From contig NC_057743.1 in assembly GCF_004010195.1 (NCBI RefSeq), positions 28,112,938 to 28,176,937 on the forward strand: 64,000 bases of DNA. Direction: 5' to 3'. The position numbers and the translations under genes were made by a program. This DNA comes from Chiloscyllium plagiosum. Its lineage: Eukaryota. Positions within the stretch are counted from its first letter, which is position 1. Each line of letters begins with the position of its first letter. This document shows positions 38,280 through 51,470 of this stretch, piece by piece. Under the pieces are notes generated by a model. That model saw only the letters and a program-made list of their open reading frames with translations. It searched no databases and was not told the DNA's origin.

Positions 38280-38730
38280 TCCATTAGCTCGCTCCGGTTA
38301 ATCTAGGGACAGCTCCAAGAAAATCGGCAAACTACAATTCCCGGCATGCGCTGCGAACCCGTCGGCAACTTCCGCTGTCTCCATTATCTTCCCCCCCCCC
38401 CCTCTCCCCTCCCGCTAAGGCCGCGACGTCTCCCTGAGGCAGAGATAGCGCCGCAGGAGGCCAAGGGTCAGGAGAAAAGGCGACAAAACGCAACCGTTAC
38501 AGTTACGGCGTGTTCCGTCGTACGGTCAGGATAAAGCAGCGTCTGCCGGTGCCTGTGTTGACTTTCCCCGAGGCCCATCACTCTCACCTGAGCAGCTACT
38601 CGCTTCCAGCGGCCTCCACTCCTCAACGCTACACGTCACTACGGCCTCGTTCCCGCTCCCTCACAGACCCCACCAGCCGGCACCAGCAAACATCGATTGT
38701 GCGGCGCTCTGCGCCGTGCCCTTGACGTTG
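38280..38730 (-). promoter_or_regulatory. RER1: CpG island: probable RER1 promoter and non-coding exon 1 (approx. 38588-38720)
   Basis: Strong local CpG enrichment; minus-strand donor CAG|GTGAGA at 38588/38587; CRE half-sites (cgtca at about 38634, tgacg at about 38723); ETS-like ACTTCCG at about 38369. Confidence 0.65.
38331..38349 (+). promoter_or_regulatory. ZNF143/THAP11-type SBS motif
   Basis: ACTACAATTCCCGGCATGC matches the ACTACAnnTCCCAnnATGC housekeeping-promoter motif with one mismatch. Confidence 0.6.
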
Positions 38731-39409
38731 CCACATGTTCTGCACTTGTCAATCCAAAAGGATTCAAGAGGCTGCATGTTGTTCACTATGTCACCTCTGG
38801 ATCTTCATCATTGCCAAGGATACAAACCCATCCATTGTAGCATTAGACAAAAATAAAGAACTACGGATGCTGGAAACCTGATTAAAGAAAAACAGAAATT
38901 GCTGGAAGATGTTAGTATGTCTAACAGTATCAGTGGAGAGAAATCAGTTAATGTTGGCACAGATGCTGCCAGATCTGCTGAGATTGTCCAACAGTTTCTG
39001 TTTTTGTATCATAGCATTAGAGTGGCAAGAACGAAAGGAGATCATTGTACTTTTCTCTGTAGCTCCCCACACCTTTTCTTTTCAGGTTCCCCTTTTGAAA
39101 CAACCATTTAAATTTTGAAATAATCACACTCTCAATCACTGCAATGCAAGTCCTATTTGCTCATTTCATTTTTAAAAATCCTCTCATTTCCCAATGGTTA
39201 TTTTTGCCAATTACCTTAAAACGTACCCCTCTGGTTTAGGACTCTGTTTGCCTTGACCTTTAATTTTTGAACACCTCTGTTAACCTTCTCCAAGAAGAAC
39301 AGTTTTTATATTCTTCACCAAAGTTTATCACAGACTCATTGTTTTTGTACTTGATCTCTATAAAGTCCAGGCTCCCTAATGCCTTTTTAACCACTTACTA
39401 AAATTGTCA

Positions 39410-39625
39410 ATAAAAACCAAAAGAACTGTGGATGCTGTAAATCAGAAACAAAATAGAAGCTGCTGGAAAAGCTCAGCAAGTCTTGCAGCATCTGTGAAGA
39501 TAAATCAAAGTTATTATTTCTGTTCCAGTTCTGAGGAAGGGTCACTGGACCCAAATCGTTAACCTTGATTTCTCTTTTATAAATGGCTGCCAGACCTGTT
39601 GAGCTTTTCCAACAACTTTGTTTTT
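39410..39625. mobile_element. Older PLE-derived bow-tie fragment (related piece at 38855-39005)
   Basis: ggaaaagctcagcaagtcttgcagcatc is inverted to gctgccagacctgttgagcttttcc; degenerate hammerhead ctgaggaagggtcactggacccaaatcgtta. Confidence 0.6.
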
Positions 39626-40162
39626 GTTACACAGATTGTCATGCCAGCTTGACAATTTGTGCACTTATCCCTTGTTCCAATATTCCCTGTGGAATTATTC
39701 CTTTTGTATTGAATTTCTTTGCTCTTCATTGCAAAATATCCCCCTTCACACTTGGCAAAATTAAATTTCAAATGCCAATATCCAAACATTCCACCAGCCT
39801 GTTGTATGTCTGCTCTAACGGAGTTTAGCACTGTCCTCAACACAGTTCATTATGTGTCAAAGTTTTGTGGCATCTTCGAACTTGAAATTGTGCCTCACCC
39901 GCCAAAGTTGACATTTATAAATATAAGAATGTAAGAACAAGGAGCTGAAGTAGGCCACCTGGCCCTTCAAGCCTGCTCTGCCATTCAATAAGTTAATGGC
40001 TGATCTTCTCGTAGCCTCAGCTCCACTTACCCACCATCTCGCTGTCACCCTTAATTACTCTGCTGTTCAAAACATTATCTACCTTAGCTTTAAAAACATT
40101 TACTGAGGAAGCCTCAACCACTTCACTGGGCAGGAGATTCCATAGATTCACAACCCTGTGTG

Positions 40163-41205
40163 TCATAGAGTCATAGAGATGTACAGCATGGAAACAGACC
40201 CTTCGGTGCAACCCGTCCATGCCGACCAGATATCCCAACCCAATCTAGTCCCACCTGCCAGCACTTGCCCCATATCCCTCCAAACCCTTCCTATTCATAT
40301 ACCCATACAAATGCCTCAAATGTTGCAATTGTACTAGCCTCCACCACATTCTCTGGCATCTCATTCCATACACATAACACCCTCTGCGTGAAAACGTTGC
40401 CCCTTAGGTCTCTTTTATATCTTTTCCCCTCTCACCCTAAACCTATGCCCCCTAGTTCTGGACTCCCCGACCCCAGGGAAAAGACTTTGTCTATTTATCC
40501 TATCTATGCCCCTCATAATTTTGTAAACCTCTATAAGGTCNNNNNNNNNNNNNNNNNNNNNNNNNNNNNNNNNNNNNNNNNNNNNNNNNNNNNNNNNNNN
40601 NNNNNNNNNNNNNNNNNNNNNNNNNNNNNNNNNNNNNNNNNNNNNNNNNNNNNNNNNNNNNNNNNNNNNNNNNNNNNNNNNNNNNNNNNNNNNNNNNNNN
40701 NNNNNNNNNNNNNNNNNNNNNNNNNNNNNNNNNNNNNNNNNNNNNNNNNNNNNNNNNNNNNNNNNNNNNNNNNNNNNNNNNNNNNNNNNNNNNNNNNNNN
40801 NNNNNNNNNNNNNNNNNNNNNNNNNNNNNNNNNNNNNNNNNNNNNNNNNNNNNNNNNNNNNNNNNNNNNNNNNNNNNNNNNNNNNNNNNNNNNNNNNNNN
40901 NNNNNNNNNNNNNNNNNNNNNNNNNNNNNNNNNNNNNNNNNNNNNNNNNNNNNNNNNNNNNNNNNNNNAACCCTCCACCACCACCCTCTGTCTTCTACCT
41001 TTGAGCCAGTTCTGTATCCAAATGGCTAGTTCTCCCAGTATTCCATGAGATCTAACCTTGCTAATCAGTCTCCCATGGGGAACCTTGTCGAACGCCTTAC
41101 TGAAATCCATATAGATCACATCTACTGCCCTGCCCTCATCAATCTTCTTTGTTACTTCTTCAAAAAACTCAATCAAGTTTGTGAGACATGATTTCCCACG
41201 CACAA
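40163..41205 (-). mobile_element. Young CR1/HER1 LINE spanning the N gap 40541-40968
   Basis: Near-identical to the copy at 10659-12102; FSKAFDKVPH motif; ctctatgactctatga tail. Confidence 0.9.
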
Positions 41206-42313
41206 AGAAGTTCCTTCTCAATTCAGTTCTAAATCTGCTCCCCCTAATTTTGAGACTATGCTCTCTTGACCTAGCTTCACCCGCCAGTGGAATCATCCTT
41301 TCTACTTCTATTTTATATATTCCTTTCATAATTTTATATGTTTCTATAAGATCCCCCCTCATTCTTCTAAATTCCAATAAATATAATCCCTGTCTACTCA
41401 GTCTGTCCTCATGAGCCAACCCCTTAACACTGGAAACAACCTAGTTAAACCCATCTGCACCCCTTCTAGTGCCAGTACATCCTTTCTGAAGTAAGGAAAC
41501 CAGGTGTGGCCTCACCAGCACCCTATATAGCTACAACATAATTTCTCAGCTTTTAAATTCAATCCCTTCAGCAATGCAAGACAAAATTCCATTTGCCTTC
41601 TTAATTACCTGTTGGACGTGCAAACCAATCTTCTGTGATTCATGCACAAAACACCCAGGTTCCTCTGCACAGCAGTGTTCTGCAGTTTCTTATCACTCAA
41701 GTAATAGTCCTTTTCACTGTTATTTCTACCAAAATGGATGACTTCCCATTTATTAACATTGTACTCCACCTGCAAGACCTTTGCCCATTCACTTAAACTA
41801 TCTACACCCCGTTGCAAAGTTTCACAGTCCTCCGCATACGTTGCTGTACCACTCATCTTAGTGTAATTTGCAAACTTTGACACACTACACGTGGTCCCCA
41901 CCCCCAAATCATCTATATAAATTGTGAATAATTGCGGTCCCAACACTGATCCGTGAGGCACATCACTAGTCACTGACTGCCAACCAGAATAGCACTCATT
42001 TATTCCCACTCTTTGCTTTCTGTTGGTTAACCAATTCTCTATCCATGCTAATATATTGCCAGTAACACCTTGCATCTTTATCTTATGCAGCAGCCTTTTG
42101 TTGGGCACCTTGTTGAATGCCTTTTGGAATTCTAGATAGACCACACCTACTGGGTCCCAGTTGTCCACCATGTTCGTAATGTTTTCATAGAATTCCAAAA
42201 GGTTAGTTAAAGATGACCTGCCCTTCATGAACCCATGCTGAGTCTACCCAAAGGGACAATTTCTATCTAGGTGCTTTGCAATTTCTTCCTTGATAATAAA
42301 CACAAGCATTTTC

Positions 42314-42743
42314 ATCAACTGTGCCTGGAGGATCATCAACTCGGTGAAGGACGCTCTCTGGGTGGTCCGAAACCTGTTGATCTTCCAGCTGAAGGAGTTG
42401 ACCCCGACTGAGTGTTGCAGACTGGCACATTCCAAGGTCCAGGACTACGTGTTGAGGGACGCGCTGAAGCTTGGGGCAGCTGCCGCCAAGGCGCGGTGGG
42501 GAAAGACCACCGTGTAACATCTGCCTGCCTAAAGAAGAACAGGGGGCCCACCCAGTCATTTGGGCTCTGCTGACGCCTCAGCAGAAGAGCTGGATAGTAA
42601 AATGTACAGACTTGTATATGGGAAAATATAAATCTTGATGTCTGTATGTAAAGAGATGTAATTGTGCACAAGAATGGCATGACCAATTGTAAAGAGATCC
42701 AAATAATTTTATGAATAAAGTATATTTTTGAAGTAAAAAAAAC
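42314..42743 (+). mobile_element. Tx1/L1-clade LINE 3' fragment with a 14 bp TSD
   Basis: ORF2 C-terminus WRIINSVKDALWVVRNLLIF...AKARWGKTTV-stop, then AATAAA and an A tail; TSD acacaagcattttc at 42300-42313 and 42744-42757. Confidence 0.85.
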
Positions 42744-44249
42744 ACACAAGCATTTTCCCCACTACAGAAGTTATGCTAACTGGTACATAACTCCCTACCT
42801 TTTGTCTACCTCCCCTTTTAAAACAGTGGCATCATAAAGAAAAGTGCTAATCCAAGTCCCTTTTTCTTCGGCAGTTTCTTGAGATCGAGGATGGCTGCCA
42901 TTCTAGTTCAGTTGCTGTTGCAGTTCTGCAGGTTTTTGTTAACGATTTGATTTTGTTTTTGTTAGAGTGCCCCAGCAGGGACTGTCGAACCTGTTGAAGT
43001 TTTGTTTAAAAGAGCAGAAAGTTGACAAGTAATTGAGTTGAAGTATTTAAAATGATAAAGAGGTTTGCTGTTGGTGTTGGATATTTTGGGATTGAAGTTA
43101 ATAGAAATTTGTTGTGTAAAGATATCTATCAAGTGATTTGAAACAAAATTAGGTGAATGAAGTTGAAGTGCAGCTCAAGCATGATCTGACTAAATGGTGA
43201 AACAAGCTTGAGAAGCCGAATGGCCTCCCTTCATGACATTGTAAAATGAATTTGTATTTGATCTCACTTTCTGTAATATGATTCAAGTACCTAATGTTTG
43301 GTCAATGTTGACACAGATAGACATTGCTGTTTGCTGCAACAAGTTTATCCACACAAATAACATCAACTTCGAGAAAGCTTGTAAATTATTGTGGGTTTTA
43401 TTCACTGTGGGGCTTTGGGAGAAGATGTATTACAAAATGATGGGCAGCCAAATATGTAACAAAAAGGCATGTGCCTGTTTTAGGACAGGGCAAATAACAA
43501 AAAAAGTGTGATTAGACAAATCACATTTTCAATATGCGTTCAATATGATAAACTTCATGTCCAAGTCACCTCCTTTCTTGGAACTATATTGCTGTTGCTG
43601 CATTTTTGTTGGATTAAAAACCCTGGAACTCCAAATGGCCTTCAATGGTTCAGGAAGTAGAGTCATGACCATCACCACCTTCCCAAGGGCAAAAAAGGAA
43701 AGGCAGTAAATCCAGGGCTTTCCAGCAATGCCGGCATCTAAAGAGTAACTATGAAATGTATATAGTTGAAAAATGTGTTCCTTGGATATACTTATTTTGG
43801 AGGTGGTACTGCAAAGGTTCAGAAAATTAGTTCCTGGGATAAGAATGTTGTTCTACATTGACTTTTTGAATACATTGGATCTATACACTGTTTAGATTGA
43901 AATATATTTATGTACAAATGTCTGTCCTAGACTGACTTAGTCATGTGACTCCTTCCATGCGGCACACACCGTACAGACAGACAATTCAAGCATCACTTCA
44001 ATAAACTCCTCCTGGGGACAGTGATGATACTATGGATTTAAGAGGTGTTTTGTGTCCAGTTTTTTTTTAATGAAAGATTGAGAAAGAGGTGCTTCTGTCT
44101 GTTGCAGCTAATATCTGGGGTTCTCTTCCTGCTGCTAGAATTGCATGTGAGACAATCTAGAGCTGAAAATGTGTTGCTGGAACAACGCAGCAGGTCAGGC
44201 AGCATCCAGGGAACAGGAGAATCGACGTTTCGGGCATAAGCCCTTCTTC

Positions 44250-44539
44250 ACAATTGAAATATAGACAAAATAAAAATAAAAGAATTGCCTTAACTGAAAC
44301 TCTATCAAAATGCCTCACAAAATAATATATATTAACTACTACTAATTAACTGTTCCAATTTGGTAACATCGGACAATCAATTTTACTGTATTTGCCTTTG
44401 CCAACGGTGTGCTTATAGGATGTTACCAAATTGGAACAGTTAATTAGTAGTAGTTAATATATATTATTTTGTTAGGCATTTTGATAGAGTTTCAGTTAAG
44501 GCAATTCTTTTATTTTTATTTTGTCTATATTTCAATTGT
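44250..44539. repeat. Near-perfect inverted repeat, 121 bp arms with a 48 bp spacer
   Basis: 44250-44370 is the reverse complement of 44419-44539, with one mismatch seen. Confidence 0.93.
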
Positions 44540-45926
44540 AGTGTAAAAATGAAATGTCTTTTACATAAAGTCAAGCAGTTTGACAAATCAAATTACATCG
44601 GGAGTGCAATGCCTTACACTTACCTTGAGGGTAATACATTTTCAATTCTTAATATATTTTCAGCGGGTAGGTCTGGTCAATAACACTAAAAAACACAAAA
44701 ACCACAGTGAAGATACTGCTTAAGAGAAAATAGCTGCAGCTTTCCCCCGACCATCTCCTGCTCAAATTACTGGGAAAACTGGGAGTTCTAACATGAACAA
44801 TGGCAGAATTATGTAACAGCTGTGGTTTGTTTGAACAAACCAGAACAAGTACAAATCTTGTATACTTTTATCACTGGCAGGGAGAGACTGTTTCAAATTA
44901 TTTTCCACTCTAAATCCATCTGAGGAACTGAAAAAGAAGATGCAGAAATTGTAAAAGCTTTGAAGGTACACTTTGAGCCCCATAGCAAATGTTACATATG
45001 AACAGTATGTATTCAATACTACTGAACACATTGGAAAAGAATCCAATGATCGGTACATAATATCATTAACTCAGCTTGCAATGAAAGGATGAACTAATTA
45101 GACACAGGTTTGTGTTAGGAATAATGAATGTAAAAGCATAAACACCAACTGAGAGAAGGTAAACTTACATCCAGATGAGCAATTAACCTGTTCAGAATTC
45201 CAAGGTTGTCAATCTACAGCTAGAGCAGATTAATGCAGAAGAAACCAAGTGTTATACTGACAGAAAATCCAGACACACAGGGCAGAACAGTCAGAGACAA
45301 ACAATGGGATGTGAATAATGCAGAAGGCATCATGCAAAGTGGGAAGGCATGTCCAATACAGAGAGACCAGGGTTCTCACTGCAAACAACTGAATCATTCT
45401 GCACACAAGTCTCTGGCTAAAGGGAAGATTAACCACAGGTACAGATGGCCATTGGAGAGTTAGTGGCTGAAAATCCTGACAAATGTGATCTCTACCTTGC
45501 GGCACACACCTAAAGCTTCACTTCAATAAACTCCTGTTGAAAACACTACTGTGTTGTGCTTTTGAAACATGCTCTCTGGAGTTCAGAAGAGGTAAAGATG
45601 GTTTCATTGAAACATTCAAAATTCTAAAGGGGTTTGACAGGACAAATATTCGAGATGGTGTTTCCCCTAGGTTGGGGAAACCAGAGTGTAAGGGCACAGT
45701 CTCAAGATAATAGACTCGTCATTTAGGTTTGAGCTGAGGAAGAAATTCCTCACGTGAGGAAGAAATTCCTCACATGAAGGGCTGTGAATCTGAGGTTGCA
45801 AGTACTCCTTTGTTTAGTATATTTAAGGTGGAAATGAACAGATATTTGTTGCTAAGGGGACTAAGGGATAAGAGATTGAGCACGAAAGTGGACCTGGGCT
45901 GAAGATCTGTCAGGATTGTTGTGAAT

Positions 45927-46224
45927 GATTAGATTAGATTAGATTACTTACAGTGTGGAAACAGGCCCTTTGGCCCAACCAGTCCACACCGCCCCACCGA
46001 AGCGCAACCCACCCATACCCCTACATGTACCCCTTACCTAACACTACGGGCAATTTAGCATGGTCAATTCACCTGACCTGCACATCTTTGGACTGTGGGA
46101 GGAAACCGGAGCAGCCTCAGACACGGGGAGAACATGCAAATTCCACACAGTCAGTCGCCTGAGGCGGGAAATGAACCCGGGTCTCTGGCGCTGTGAGGCA
46201 GCAGTGCTAACCACTGTGCCACCC
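45927..46224 (-). mobile_element. HE1 V-SINE, young copy with (TCTAA)n tail
   Basis: Minus strand ggtggcacagtggttagcactgctgcctcacagcgccagagacccgggttc is a tRNA-like head, followed by the V-domain and a CR1-like tail. Confidence 0.9.
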
Positions 46225-46540
46225 GATGGAGCAGCCTTGATGGTATGGCTTATTCCTCCTCCTCTAATTCTCTTGGGCATTTCCCATTTCAGTTGATCTA
46301 CCATTCATGGTGGTATCTGCAGCTGCCCAGGACATAAGCTCTGGGAATCCCTCCTTATACTTCTCTGCCTCCCGACCTCTTCTCCCTTCAGATGTTCTTT
46401 AAATTCACCTTTGGGGCAAAGTATTTAGGCATCTGCTGTGATTTCATCTTTTAAATTTATTCATGGGATGCATTTGTTGCCCACAGCTAATTGTCTTTGA
46501 ACTGGGTGGTTTGCTCTGCCATTTCAGATGGCTGTCCTCA

Positions 46541-48420
46541 AGTCATAGAGTCATAGAGATGTACAGCACAGAACAGAGCCTTTGGTCCAACCCATCCATG
46601 CCAACCAGATTTCCCAAACCAATCCATTCCCACCTGCCAGCACCCGGCCCATATCCCTCCAAACCCTTCCTATTCATATACCCATCCAGATGACTTTTAA
46701 ATGTTGCAATTGTACCAGCTTCTATCACTTCTTCTAGCAGCTCATTCCATACACATACCACCCTCTGCGTGAAAAAGTTGCCCCTTAGATCTCTTTTATA
46801 TCTTTCCCCTCACACCATAAACCTATGTCCTCTAGTTCTGGACTCCCCCACCCCAGGGAAAAGACTTTGTCTATTTATCCTATCCATGCCCCTCATGATT
46901 TTATAAACCTCTATAAGGTCACCCCTTAGCCTCTAATGCTCGAGGGAAAACAGCCCCAGCCTGTTCAGCCTCTCCCTATAGCTCACATTCTCCAACCCTG
47001 GCAATATCCGTGTAAATCTTTTTTGAACCCTTTCAAGTTTCACAACATTTTTCCTATAGGTAGGAGACCAGAATTGCATGCAGTATTCCAAAAGTGGCCT
47101 AACCAATGTCCTGTACAGCCACAACATGACCTCCCAACTCCTGTACTCAATACTCTGACCAATAAAGGGAAGCATACCAAACACCTTCTTCACTATCCTA
47201 TCTACCTGTGACTCCACTTTCAAAGAGCTATAAACCTGCACTCCAACATCTCTTTGTTCAGCAACACTCCCTAGGACCTTACCATTAAGTGTATAAGTCC
47301 TGCTAAGATTTGCTTTCCCAAAATGCAGCACCTCACATTTATCTGAATTAAACTCCATCTGCCACTTTTCAACCCATTGGCCCATCTGATCAAGATCCCT
47401 TTTGTAATCTTTGCTGTCCACTACACCTCCAATTTTGGTGTCATCTGCAACTTACAAACTATATCTCTTTTGCTCACATCCAAATTATTTATATCAATGA
47501 TGAAAAGCAGTGGACCCAGCACTGATCCTTGTGGCACTCCACTGGTCACAGGCCTCCAGTCTGAAAAACAATTCTCTGTCTTCTACCTTTGAGCCAGTCT
47601 GTATCCAAATGGCTAGTTCTCCCTGTATTCCATGAGCTCTAACCTTGCTAACCAGTCTCCCATGGGGAATCTTGTCAAAAACCTTACTATAGTCCATATA
47701 GATTACGTCTACCGCTCTGCCCTCACCAATCCTCTTTGTTACTTCTTCAAAAAACTCAAGTTTGTGAGACATGATTTCTAACCTTGCTAACCAGTCTCCC
47801 ATGGGGAATCTTGTCAAAAACCTTACTATAGGCCATATAGATTACATCTACTGCTCTGCCCTCACCAATCCTCTTTGTTACTTCTTCAAAAAACTCAAGT
47901 TTGTGAGACATGATTTCCCACGCACAAAGCCATGTTGACTATCCCTAATCAGTCCTTGCCTTTCCAAATACATGTATATCCTGTCCCTCAGGATTCCCTC
48001 CAACAACGTGCCCACCACTGACGTCAGGCTCACTGGTCTATAGTTCCCTGGATTGTCCTTACCACCCTTCTTAAACAGTGGCACCACATTAGCCGACCTC
48101 CAGTCTTCCGGCACCTCACTTGTGACTATCGATTTTCCAAATATCTCAGCAAGGGGCCCAGTAATCGCTTCCCGAGCTTCCCACAGACGTCTGGGGTACA
48201 CCTGATCAGGTCCTGGGGATTATCCAATTTTATGTGTTTCAAGACATCCAGCACTTCCTCCTCTGTAATATGGACATTTTTCAAGATGTCACCATCTATT
48301 TCTCTACATTCTATATGTCCCATGTCCTTTTCCACAGTAAACACTGATGCAAAATACTCGTTTAGTATTCCCCCATCTCCTGAGGGTCCACACAAAGGCT
48401 GCCTTTCTGATCTTTGAGAG
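46541..48420 (-). mobile_element. CR1/HER1 LINE, 5'-truncated, with an internal 139 bp tandem duplication (47640-47778 and 47779-47917)
   Basis: RT motifs in ORFs 46933-47421 and 47878-48201; the duplicated block taaccttgc...catgatttc is read directly. Confidence 0.92.
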
Positions 48421-48584
48421 GCCCTTTTATTGTAGATCCAGGGTTAAATGTAGCCCATTCCAGGTGAGGATGGCAGATTTTCTTTTCTAAGGAACATTAA
48501 TGAGTATCTCCTTATGTAATTTAATGTTACATTTGCTTTTTGACACTTCTGTAAAGCACCTAGGATATTTAATTGCATAAAGAC

Positions 48585-48835
48585 ATGGTGGCTCAGTAGT
48601 TAGCACTGTTGTCTCACAGCGTCAGGGATCTGCGTTCAATTCCACCCTCGGACAATTGTCTGTGTGGAGTTTGCACGTTCTCCTTGTACCTGCATGGATT
48701 TCCTCTGGGTGCTCTGGTTTCCTCCCCAGATGTTCAGGTTAGGTGGATTAGCTGTGCAAAATGCAGGGATAGGGAGGCAAGCTCTTCAGACTTGATGTGC
48801 TGAATGGCCTGCTTCCACACTGTAGGGATTCTGTA
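48585..48835 (+). mobile_element. HE1 V-SINE
   Basis: ggtggctcagtagttagcactg...gtgtggagtttgcacgttctcc...cacactgtagggattct. Confidence 0.8.
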
Positions 48836-49074
48836 TTAAAAAAAATTATTTTAATACACGTCTTTTGCAACTGCTGCCCAACCTGCTGAATATTTCCAGC
48901 CTTTTCTTTAACTTTCCGAGAATCTACTGCCCTCATGAAGTTGGGCATATTCTTGGAGACACAATGAAAGCTCCTGGGGGAGTCTGGGGGGAGGAAAAAG
49001 TGTGCAAGCTCTGAAAACTGCTCCGTTCTCACCAACATCTTCGACTCACCGCTAGATGGCCTGCTTCCCAAAGT

Positions 49075-51470
49075 TAAAAATCACACAACACCAAGTTATA
49101 GTCCAACAGGTTTAACTGGAAGTACATTCTTTCGCAGTGCTGCTCCTTCATCAGGTAGCTAGTGGGGCAGGATCATAGGACACAAAGTTTATAGTAAAAG
49201 ATCAATGTGTCATACAACTGATGCAATGTATTGAACGAACCTAGATTGTTGTTAAGTCTTAAATCATTTAGAATGGATTGCAGATTTCGATACATTAATA
49301 TATAAACCCTAGAATTTTCAAGTCACATTCCCGAGATAACTTAAGGTTTTATAAAGAAAGATGACATCTCAGCTCAGACAATGCAGTAAAGGTGTGAGAT
49401 TAGAGTCTGTTTGTATTCCAACCTTGAGTCTGACCAGTTCTATTTCCAAAGTAGGAATTTATAAATGTCACATAGACTGACAGTCTACAGATTGTGTGCT
49501 TTTTGAACAGAATAGAATGTATTTGCAAATGCAAATTCACCCCATAGATTTATATGTGTGTGCGTGCGTGTGAGCGAGAGGGAGAGTGTATGAGTGTGCA
49601 TGTGTGAGCGAATGAGTCGGAGTATATGCCTGTGAGAGGGTATGCGCATGAGTGTGAGTGCGTGAGAGAGCATATGTATGCGTGAGTGTGATCATCTGTA
49701 AGCGTGTATGTGCATGTGGGTGTATCGTGTAGTGCGGTTACCTGTAATGTGACATGAACCTAACATCCTGGTTGAGACCATCCTCATGGGTACCGAACCT
49801 GGCTATCAGCCTCTGATCAATGATTCTGCATTGTTGTATATTCCTAACTCCACCTTGGAGAATGGTCACCCAAAGATCCAAGGCCAAATGTTCCTGATCA
49901 CTGAAGTGTCTCCTCACTGAGATGGAACATCCCTATCTGGTGATTGTTGCCAGATGTCCACTCATCCATTGTTGTAGCATCTGCTTGGTGTCGCCAATGT
50001 ACCATGTCTCGGGGCATCTTGCCTGCAGTGTATGAGATAGACAACACTGGCCGAGTCACATGAGTACGTGCTGTGTACATGGTGGGTTGTGTCATGTGTA
50101 GTGGTGGTATCCATGTCGGCTCTCTGATACGTGGTCACCATGACAGGGTTATATGGTGTTGTGATGATGTTGTCCTGAAGGTTGGGCAGTTTGCTACAAA
50201 CAATGGTCTGTTTAAGGTTTGGTGCTTGTTTAAAGGTCAGAAGTTGAGGTGCAGGGAAGATCTTGGTGAGGTGCTCATCCTCATCGATAATGTGTTACAG
50301 GCTGTGAAGAAGAATGACAGGTTTTTTACATTACATTACCTACAGTGTGGAAACAGGGCCTTCAGCCCAACTAGTCCACATCGACCCTCCAAAGAGTAAC
50401 CCACCCAGACCTATTTCCCATGCATCTAACACTATGGGCAATTTAGCATGGCCAATTTACCTAACCTGCACATCTTTGGACTGTGGGAGGAAACGAGAGC
50501 ATCTAGAGAAAACCCACGCAGACACAGGGAGAACGTGCAAACTCCACACAGACAGTTTCCCGAGGCTGGAATTGAACCTGGGACCCTGGTGCTGTGAGGC
50601 AGCAGTGCTAACCACTGAGCCACCATGCTGCCCTGAGTGGAGTTTCTCCACTCCTGGGAAGTACTGGACAATGAAAGGTACCCTATCGGTTGCATCTCGT
50701 GTCTGGCACCTGAGGAGGTCATTACGGTTTCTCGCTGTGGCACATCGGAACTGGCGATCGATGAGTTGGGCATGGCATCCTGTTCCTATGAGGGCATCCT
50801 TCAGCATCTTCAGGTGTCCATCGTGTTCCTTCTCATCCAAACAGATCCTGTGTATGCGTAGGACTTGTCTGTAGGAGATGGCTATGTTCAGGGTGGAAGC
50901 TAGAGCATTGTGAGATTATCTGTGGGTGTATGGTAGAGTGAGGTACTGAGGTGCCCATCCTTAATGGACATGCGTGTGTCTAAGAATGAGACTGATTCCA
51001 AACAGTAATCCATGGTAAGTATGATGATGGGATGAAACTTCATATCATTGTGTTATTGTTTCAGTGACTCCTCGCCATGGGTGCAGAGGAAAAAAATATC
51101 ATCAATATATCTGCCTCACACCTTTAATGCATTGTCTGAGCTGAGATGTCACCTCTTTTTATAAAATCTTAAATTATCTCGGGAATGTGACTTGAAAGAA
51201 GTTCTGGGATTTACATATTAATGTATCGAAACCTGCAATCCATTCTAAATGATTTAAGACTATGTTCGTTCAATACATTGCATCAGTTGTATGACACGTT
51301 AATCTTTTACTATAAACTCTGTGTCACATGATCCTGCCCCACTAGCTACCTGACGAAGGAGCAGTGCTCCAAAAGCTTGTACTTCCAAATGAACCTGTTG
51401 GACGATAACCTGGTGTTGTGTGATTTTTAACTTTGTCCACCCCAGTCCTAACACCGGCACCTCCACATCA
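49075..51470 (-). mobile_element. Penelope-like element, family 2: terminal repeat, RT C-terminus/GIY-YIG remnants, inverted terminal repeat; HE1 SINE nested at 50325-50633
   Basis: HLKMLKDALIGTG...DRVPFIVQYFPG is homologous to 61500-61700; the ends are inverted copies; flanking direct repeat ctg(c/t)ttcccaaagt at 49061-49074 and 51471-51484. Confidence 0.8.

Larger units (their letters stand above)
39925..42835 (-). mobile_element. Older CR1 LINE hosting a young CR1 (40163-41205) and a Tx1 fragment (42314-42743)
   Basis: ORF 41605-42228 has FQKAFNKVP, SDVPHGSVLGP and KFANYTK; host sequence resumes across both inserts. Confidence 0.85.

Noticed and set aside
40265-41419. 254 aa and 334 aa ORFs
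   Set aside because: Artefacts of reading through the N gap and across a junction between two CR1 copies.
46130-46224. tRNA-like sequences in SINE heads (also at 28450, 48585, 52355 and 63560)
   Set aside because: They continue into SINE bodies and lack a complete cloverleaf, so they are not tRNA genes.
47640-47917. 139 bp tandem duplication
   Set aside because: Internal to a dead CR1; the copies differ slightly, so it is real but probably neutral.
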